Below, in pieces: positions 55,735-64,000 of a DNA stretch of 64,000 nt (the first letter of the stretch is position 1; each line of letters begins with the position of its first letter). Both the position numbers and the translations under genes were made by a program. The notes beneath the pieces are model-generated. The model had not been told where the DNA came from. It saw only the letters and a list, made by a program, of their open reading frames with translations, and made no database searches. The stretch is taken from positions 91,078,001 through 91,142,000 of the forward strand of contig OZ024747.1 in the NCBI GenBank assembly GCA_964016885.1. Direction: 5' to 3'. Source of the stretch: Eledone cirrhosa (Eukaryota).

Positions 55735-56071
55735 CATATGAATAGATTTGCCAATAATTTAATATATGCATATCAACACAGATTCAAATATATTTATATA
55801 TAAACATCCAGTGCACACTCATGCACGCACACATGTGTGCATCTGACATACATATATTTATATACATGTATGTGTGTATGCATATATATATATATATATA
55901 TACCTATATATGCATACACACATACATGTATATACATATATGTATGTGTATGTATACTCTGTCAGATGCACACGTGTGTGTGCATGTGTGTGCACTGGAT
56001 GTTTATATATAAATATATTTGAATCTGTGTTGATATGCATATATTAAATTATTGGCAAATCTATTCATATG
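55735..56071. repeat. Inverted repeat with about 113-bp arms around a TA/CA spacer
   Basis: catatgaatagatttgcc...catctgaca versus tgtcagatg...ggcaaatctattcatatg. Confidence 0.9.
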
Positions 56072-56368
56072 CGAACATACAGACACACACACACACACAC
56101 ACATACACACACACATACGCAGCAACACACTCACACACACACACACATAAATATATATATGTATATATATACTCACACACTCACAATCACACAGCAACAC
56201 ACATATATACATACATAGTCACAAACACACACACACACACACACATACGCACACACACATATATAAATATATACACAGCCACAAACACACAGCAACACAC
56301 ATATGTATATGTATATATATATACACACACACTCACTCACAAACACACACACACACCCACACACACAA

Positions 56369-56403
<35 letters not shown>

Positions 56404-56445
56404 ACTATATATATATATATATATATGCACACACACTCACAAACG

Positions 56446-56492
<47 letters not shown>

Positions 56493-56787
56493 TTATAAAC
56501 ACACATACACATTTATACTTATATTGTACATAAGTGTGCACGTCTAGATAGACCTTTATATTAGCTTTAAAATTCTAATCCTTCTTGAGGCATGGATTAA
56601 GATTAAAACTAAATTTGCTGAATACTCTCACCACACAAATACCTAAGTCCGCAGAACAGAAAATATAAATACAAAGAAACACATTCAGACGCTAACACAA
56701 ACACACATAATAACATATTTTTTCTTTTAACAATTTCTAGTTTATCAGTCACATTTTCTGAAATATCAATGCTATTTCATGATACTC

Positions 56788-56844
<57 letters not shown>

Positions 56845-56850
<6 letters not shown>

Positions 56851-57147
56851 TGAGGATGAAAAACTCAGAGCTGTATGGGAGCATCCCAAAAGTCAGCTCA
56901 AAAGTGACACAGAGGAGACTGAGGTTGGCTGGACATGCTCACCGACATCCAGAGTTGACATTGCACTCAGTGCTCCTTTGGGAGTCCCTACATGGACACA
57001 CTAGAAGAGGAAGACCAAGGTTAACATATGTTGATGCCCTAAGGACAGACACTGGTCTGTTGGAGATGCAGGATATGGCAGCGATAATGAGGGACAGAGA
57101 CCGCTGGAGAGAACTCGTCCATGGATCTCGGGAATTTTACCCGCCTT

Positions 57148-57148
<1 letters not shown>
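56845..57148 (+). mobile_element. RTE-like LINE 3' end inside (TA)n
   Basis: NSELYG..KVTQRRLRLAGHAHRHPE..LLWE..HGHTRRGRPRLTYVD..DRDRWR. A second copy lies at 61296-61595. Confidence 0.85.
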
Positions 57149-57211
<63 letters not shown>

Positions 57212-57240
57212 GGTCAAAAGATGGTTAAATGAGTTCCATG

Positions 57241-57311
57241 TATTTTATTATGCGCATTTCAAAAACAAATATCATCATGCAATAACATTTGTGTTTTCAT
57301 CAGATAAAATA
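57241..57311 (-). ncRNA. Hammerhead ribozyme (40/57 kb family)
   Basis: Same frame as 40075. Stem II substitutions keep pairing through G-U or A-U (ACAAATGTTATT/GATGATATTTGT). Confidence 0.8.
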
Positions 57312-57394
57312 GGAGGACATGATATGAAGGTTAAAAAACACTTGTGGATAGTGCAGTTTTAAATCAACATTGTACTACAATAAAACTCACCTCC

Positions 57395-57429
<35 letters not shown>

Positions 57430-58042
57430 CGGAGGAGTTGTGGTAAGGAACCAGATGGACCATAACGCACCAGAGTACTCAATACTTAGGGTAGTAGAGT
57501 GGGTAATAGGAGAAAGTGTCTACCCCGAGGCGACCATCGAGCCTCTTTTGCCTCAGTACCTACAACCCAGTAACTTAAGAGATACCATTCGCCGATTACG
57601 CTATACTAACTATTCATAGCAGCTGTGTTAGACCCCAGATATGTGGTATTAATATATATATATAATATATATATATATATAGGTTTTTTACAAAATGAAA
57701 AATAACCGAAGTGTCCTACAAAAGTAGAGTTGAGATGGAGGGTCTGTGGTTTTTCACAGATCCTCCATCTCAACTCTACTTTTGAAAAGCAGAAGAACTG
57801 CGAAACCGGTAAAGGAACCAAAGAAATATATATATTTAAAAAAAAATAAGACTCCAGTTGCATTTTCGATTTCATCTTTTTTTCTTTATACTTTCACTCG
57901 TGTAGGACACTTCGGTTATTTTTCATTTTGTAAAAAAACCTCACTTTCTTATATATATATAACCTGACAGATACCTCAGGCACAGAAGATGATGATTATC
58001 GCTAAATACTGATGTTGGTTAGATTATCAATATTAGTATTAT

Positions 58043-58176
58043 TGGGGCACCCACTGATGAATTATAGGAGCCCACTTGAATATATATCTATTGATGGTAT
58101 ACAAGCTCCTACATAAATTGGTATAATTTCACCCAAATTGTAGGAATCCTATAATGAAACGAGACGTCCGTCTGGG
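58043..58176 (+). ncRNA. Hammerhead ribozyme with expanded stem II
   Basis: CCCA-CTGATGA-ATTATAGGA...TCCTATAAT-GAAA-CG-agacgtc-CG-TC-TGGG. Confidence 0.85.
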
Positions 58177-58748
58177 AAGAGATATATTAGATATGTCTCA
58201 TATGAAATAATACAGCCAATTTTCCACGCAATACTTTTAGTTAGCACCCCGAACGCATAATTGGGAATGTAATCACTTATTTCCTAATGTTTGTTGAGTG
58301 AGTTGGAATTTGGCCGGAGTATCGCTAAAAAGCTTTCTCCGATATTGTATTTATTTATTTACTCTTGGAGCAACAGATTCGAAAAAATTCCCGGTATAAG
58401 GTTAGCATTTCATTGTTTATTTTTTACATATGAATATTGATTGTTCCTTATATCTAATTCTGTTATTTTGCCCGAGAAAATATCTGTGTGTCATCAAATG
58501 TTGTACACAGATGGATATTTTTTCAATTTCCAATTGAGTTCTTAGCACGTGGCCTGAATTCCTTTCAGAATTCATTGTCATGCGCATGTATTGTTTTTTT
58601 TGGTGGTAATTTACTTCCTCAATTTTTGAATCAGTTTGAGCACTTCTTTAAAACTGCTGGACTGGCAACCTGACAGATACCTCAGGCACAGAGGATGATG
58701 ATTATCGCTAAATACTGATGTTGGTTAGATTATCAATATTAGTATTAT

Positions 58749-58882
58749 TGGGGCACCCACTGATGAATTATAGGAGCCCACTTGAATATATATCTATTGA
58801 TGATATACAAGCTCCTACATAAATTGGTATAATTTCACCCAAATTGTAGGAATCCTATAATGAAATGAGACGTCCGTCTGGG
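58749..58882 (+). ncRNA. Hammerhead ribozyme with expanded stem II (tandem partner)
   Basis: As at 58043, with C-to-T in stem III leaving a U-G pair. Confidence 0.82.
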
Positions 58883-59060
58883 AAGAGATATATTAGATAT
58901 GTCTCATATGAAATAATACAGCCAATTTTCCACGCAATACTTTTAGTTAGCACCCCGAACACATAATTGGGAATATAATCACTTATTTCCTAATGTTTGT
59001 TGAGTGAGTTGGAATTTGGCCGGAGTATCGCTAAAAAGCTTTCTCCGATATTGTATTTAT

Positions 59061-59140
<80 letters not shown>

Positions 59141-59178
59141 AGGTAGAGAGTGAGAGAGGGATAGAGAGAGAGAGAGAG

Positions 59179-59242
<64 letters not shown>

Positions 59243-59607
59243 ATTACACGCTAAATTTTACCCCAGTATGTCCGTATTTCATTAACTGAAGCTAGCAATG
59301 TAACTTGATACCCTAGCTAGTTCAGAAGCAGCAACACCAATTGGAATATCTCCCACACATATATGAACTGCTACTTGTGAATTTCGGACATATGCTTACT
59401 GGTTGGCGAAGGGAATAACATGTATGACCGGTAACATATCAATGGATCTTTAGAACTCGTTAGGATTTTTGTCAGAAGAGAACATGTAGGGCAATTGTTA
59501 TACAACTGGTTTACGTCTTTGAAATACGTATAAAAAAATGAATAGGGATGTACAAATGAAACCGTTTTTATTGTTTATTATTGTTATATTATTATTATCA
59601 TTATTAT

Positions 59608-59927
59608 TTTTCTTTGAGTCTCAGTCATTGATGTTATTTAACTGGAAAGTTTGTTGAAATGAATATCAAGCCACTACCTGCAGCCTCAGATATTCAGGAC
59701 GTATCGGGGGGTATTTGCTGTTCCCAGCAAGCATGCCTTTTGAAGTGTTCCAAAAAGCGGGGCGGGACCAATTTTCTTTAACCATCCTTGGAAACTCTTT
59801 GAGATAGTACCTAGTGCGCCTATGACAATCGGGACGACCTTGACTTCATGGCAGTTCCAAATCTTTTTTACCTCCCACTTTAAGTCCTGGTATCGGTTAA
59901 TTTTCTCCCTCTCCTTCTCTTGCACTC

Positions 59928-59928
<1 letters not shown>
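59608..59928 (-). mobile_element. R4/Dong-like RLE LINE 3' end inside (TAA)n
   Basis: EKEREKINRYQDLKWEVKKIW..VKVVPIVIGALG..LQKACLLGTA, with (TTA)n on both sides. Confidence 0.82.
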
Positions 59929-59967
<39 letters not shown>

Positions 59968-60172
59968 GGGCGGTGGATTGGCAGTATTGGTAGAGAGTCG
60001 AACAACATGCTTTGCAGCACCGAGTTACGGCCCTTTATAATCTGAGTTCAAATTCCGCCGAGGGGTAACTTTGCCTTCATCCTTACCGGGTCGATAAAAT
60101 AAAGTACCAGTCACGCACTGGGTCGATTTAATCGACTTTACCCTCGCCCAAAATTAGAAGAAACCATTATTA
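59968..60172 (+). mobile_element. SINE, near full length
   Basis: Family consensus. Confidence 0.85.
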
Positions 60173-60479
60173 TTCTCTCTCTCTCTCTCTCTCTTATATA
60201 TGTATATATATATATGTGTGTATATATATATATATATCATAAATCATGTCTTTAGAATCATCAGATAATAAAATATTTACTATTTCTTCTTCTAATTAGC
60301 ATAATTAACCATATAAAAAATCAATCAGAACAAGCTATAAGAATAAATGCTCTTATGGGGAAATCTTCGACAAATAACCGAACGTAGCCTCTTCGCGGCG
60401 GCCCCAGTCGAGTATTTATCCAACATTTCGACAGCATGTAGAAACTGACTAAATATACCATCAACCATACACAATTAGT

Positions 60480-60536
<57 letters not shown>

Positions 60537-60567
60537 AATTATACACACAAACACACACACACACACG

Positions 60568-60608
<41 letters not shown>

Positions 60609-60635
60609 AATTATACACACAAACACACACACACG

Positions 60636-60701
<66 letters not shown>

Positions 60702-61231
60702 TGCTAACGTAATACTCATCTAAAATAATGCAGTGTAGAATATCGTAAAATAAAGTTAAGTTTAATAATAATTCGTTGACTGTATTCTACACTCGAATCA
60801 CAGTTTTCCTCAACTCTCAATCCTGTCTATATAATAAATCATATTTTTTAGCTCCGGCTCATTACAATCTGATTCCATACACTGTGTCAATTTAATCGAC
60901 TAACACGTCGTCTTCCATATTGCTGGCCTCTGGCATGAATTAGAAAAAATTATTATTACAATTATTATTACAATTATTATTGTCATATTTGCAGGTATGT
61001 CTGTGTGGTTAACGAGTTAGCTGTGTAATTTAAATCAATAATTTCATTTTACATTCATTTAAACATAATTTTGTTTCATATTTTTAATAATTAACAAGCA
61101 ATATTTCTATACATTTCGTGTCATCAAATATTTTTTATCTCATTGTTAGTTATAGAAATTCTAAAACGTTTTTGTTCATCGGTTCGATACACATATTCAT
61201 TTGTACATAGTTACATGTATTTAAAGAAAAC

Positions 61232-61295
<64 letters not shown>

Positions 61296-61297
<2 letters not shown>

Positions 61298-61595
61298 GCT
61301 GGGGATGGCTCTGAACATTAATCAGTATACACTGAGGATGAAGAACTCAGAGTTGTACAGGAGCCTCCCAAAAGTCAGCTCGAAAGTAGTACAGAGGAGA
61401 CTGAAGTTAGCTGGACATGCTCACCGACTTCCAGAGTTGACACTGCACTCAGTGGTCCTGTGGGAGACCCTGCACGGACACACTGGAAGCGGGAGACCGA
61501 GGTTGACTTATGTTGATGCCTTAAGAACAGACACCGGTCTTTGGGAGACACAGGACATGGCAGCGGTGATGAGGGACAGAGACCACTGGAGAAAC
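61296..61595 (+). mobile_element. RTE-like LINE 3' fragment, paralog of 56845
   Basis: ORF track translation RRLKLAGHAHR..GRPRLTYVD. Confidence 0.8.
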
Positions 61596-61702
61596 AGGGA
61601 GCTGTGTGGTTACTTGATAAAGTGTATTTAAAAATAAAAGGTAAGCACAAGTGGGGGATAATCCCTTCTTCAGTTGTCTGCAACCACCACCACGACACTC
61701 AG

Positions 61703-61800
61703 GAAGAAGAAGAAGAAGAAGAAGAAGAAGAAGAAGAAGAAGAAGAAGAAGAAGAAGAAGAAGAAGAAGAAGAAGAAGAAGAAGAAGAAGAAGAAGAAGA
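61703..61800. repeat. (GAA)n microsatellite
   Basis: Direct inspection. Confidence 0.95.
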
Positions 61801-62508
61801 TTTGACTAATAAACAGACATCTACGAAAGGAGTACCAGACTATTGATATCATATCATTGACTAAAAACACCTAAAGCGGGGTTGCCCAATTTTAGCTGGT
61901 GTTCAAGTGAAACCAGCTGAGTGAAACCAGTAGAGAAATACACACGACGCTATGATCGGAACAACGCTATAATCGGAAATATAATTTATGAATATTGGAA
62001 ACTGCAGTCGTGTACAGACTGATATAATGTCTACACTAAGTTTTCCACTTTAATTTATCAGCTGTTTCCCCAGTGGTACAGTGATTCAAATGAAAAAGAA
62101 GAAAAATGAAAATAAAAACGGTCGTTAGTAACAAGTCGTTATCAGGTCAAGACAGCAAACTGTGTATTACTTTGATCGCTGCGTTTGCTAGTATTGCCTG
62201 TGATTAAAGCTATGTCTTCAAAGAAATTGGAAGTGGCCCTCTAATTAATCAACCCGTTTATTTGGTCGTATGGCTTTCGAGGGAATACGTTGAAGGGGCT
62301 ACTTTGATCTAGTATTTCCTAATTTGTTCATTATATGGAGTTATTAAAATAGCACCTTGGTAACACCTTCATTTAAGGGAATAATTCATAGTTATTGATA
62401 AAGTAAAGAAAGTTTCTTATATGTATTGTACACATATATGCTTAGTAATTTATGGACACTGTGATGAGACTTTAAAACGTACAGCGAGATAATTTATACA
62501 TAATATAA

Positions 62509-62704
62509 GGGCGGTGGATTGGCAGTATCGGTAGAGCATCGGACACCATACTTCGTTCTGAGTTCAAATTCCACTGAGGTTAGCTTTGCCTTTCATCCTT
62601 AAGGGGTCGATAAAATAATGTACCAGTAATGCACCGGCGTAGATTTAATCAACTTTCCCCTCCCCTTTAAAGTGCTGGCCTTGTGCCTAAAGTAGAAACA
62701 ATTA
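62509..62704 (+). mobile_element. SINE, long form with internal deletion
   Basis: Family consensus. Confidence 0.85.
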
Positions 62705-63285
62705 TACGTAATATAATATAGAATTTTCCTGTAGAAAAGCAAAATACACTTATTAAATGCAAGTAGCGCCACATGACGATAACAGTGAAGCTAAAACCTA
62801 AAGAAAAATAAATACTTATAAAGGATGTACAAGTATAATTTTAAAAATTAACTTTTACATTTAATTGGGGTCAAACCTTGAAAAATATGACAGATCTTCA
62901 AATTTGCAGAAATATATACTCAAAATGTTCAAAAATCAATTAACAAGCAACATTTAGTTAACCAATGAAACATTTTCTATCAAATTTACTAAGATAAGGT
63001 TATTTAAACTCTAGACCATCAGGATTCGAAAATGTTGCAGTAGAGTGACTTAGATAACTTTAAGGGGCAACTCATTGATTGGAGGTAACATTTATGAACT
63101 TGAGAGGTGAACTAGAAAACATCGAAAGAGGTCACTTCGTGGCAGGAATAAAGCAAATAAACACAGAAGACCATACTTTGAAATCTAGAATTCAATCCCT
63201 GGAACGAGGCAATATTTACAGTGTTTCATCAACATACTGACACAAGTTATTATTTTCAGTAATAAAATAAGTCTGGTTTAATTAC

Positions 63286-63500
63286 GGTTTCTGATTTAGA
63301 CACAAGGCTAGCAATTTTGGGGGAGGAGGAAGTCGATTAAATCAACCCCAGTGCAATACTGGGGCTTTACTTTATCGACCCCTTAAGGATGCAAAGAAAA
63401 GTTAACCTCACCAGAATTTGAACTTAGTCACTGCAGTCGATTTAATCGACTTCCCTTCCCTTAGAATTGTTGACCTTGTGACTAAATCAGACACCAATAT
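63286..63500. mobile_element. Truncated SINE (-) fused to an inverted copy of its own 3' end (+)
   Basis: ggtttctgatttagacacaagg..agtcgattaaatc versus agtcgatttaatcgact..ccttgtgactaaatcagacacc. Confidence 0.75.
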
Positions 63501-64000
63501 AGTGAGATCAACTTATATGATATATTAGTTACCAAAAACTGCAACAGCTCTACTGTATCTCTTGCTGTCTTAGAAATATTACTAATCGGCCATCTTGGTA
63601 TAGTTAAATTTAAACTATGAATTCTCTTTCGTCTATGTCACTAGAACGATGGATATTTAATAGTAAACATAGGTTTTAAAATAGCAAGAAGGACAGTCAT
63701 ATTGATTTTTGTGACATATTGTTGTTTCTGAGAATGTGTATATATGAAGGGGTGTATATGTAGCGAAATGAGAAAGAGAAATATATATACATACGTGTAT
63801 ACATACATACGTGCATACATACATACGTACTTACATAATACATACATACATACATACATTCATACATGCGTACATACATACATGATTTATACATAATACA
63901 TACATACATATACATACATATTCATACATTTATACACAATACATACGTACGCACATACATACATAGATGCATACATACATACATACATACATACATACAT

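Larger units (their letters stand above)
57961..59062 (+). mobile_element. Non-coding HHR element in partial tandem (706-bp unit, about 395-bp direct repeats), inside (TA)n
   Basis: 57961-58356 matches 58667-59062, with one HHR per repeat. Confidence 0.88.

Overview
AT-rich eukaryotic intergenic or intronic DNA saturated with microsatellites, with no recognisable host gene. The dominant tRNA-derived SINE suggests an octopod cephalopod, but this is inference. Almost all long ORFs in the track are microsatellite artefacts. Real coding remnants are all transposon-derived: a decayed Penelope-like element (PLE; RT plus GIY-YIG, Naiad-like, 4.1-8.6 kb), a mariner relic, RTE LINE 3' ends and two restriction-like-endonuclease (RLE) LINE ends. 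There are also more than 25 SINE copies, MITEs, a Helitron-like element and a 4.8-kb hAT-like element. The main signal is RNA-level. I could fold by eye 18 type-I hammerhead ribozyme (HHR) motifs from about 10 sequence families, plus many half-motifs. Most lie in short non-coding elements inserted in (TA)n tracts as partial tandems or fold-back inversions. Three elements have cleavage-to-cleavage units of 487, 706 and 1258 nt, like retrozymes or candidate circRNAs. One family has an expanded, covarying, probably pseudoknotted stem II. Structures were derived manually and activity is untested.
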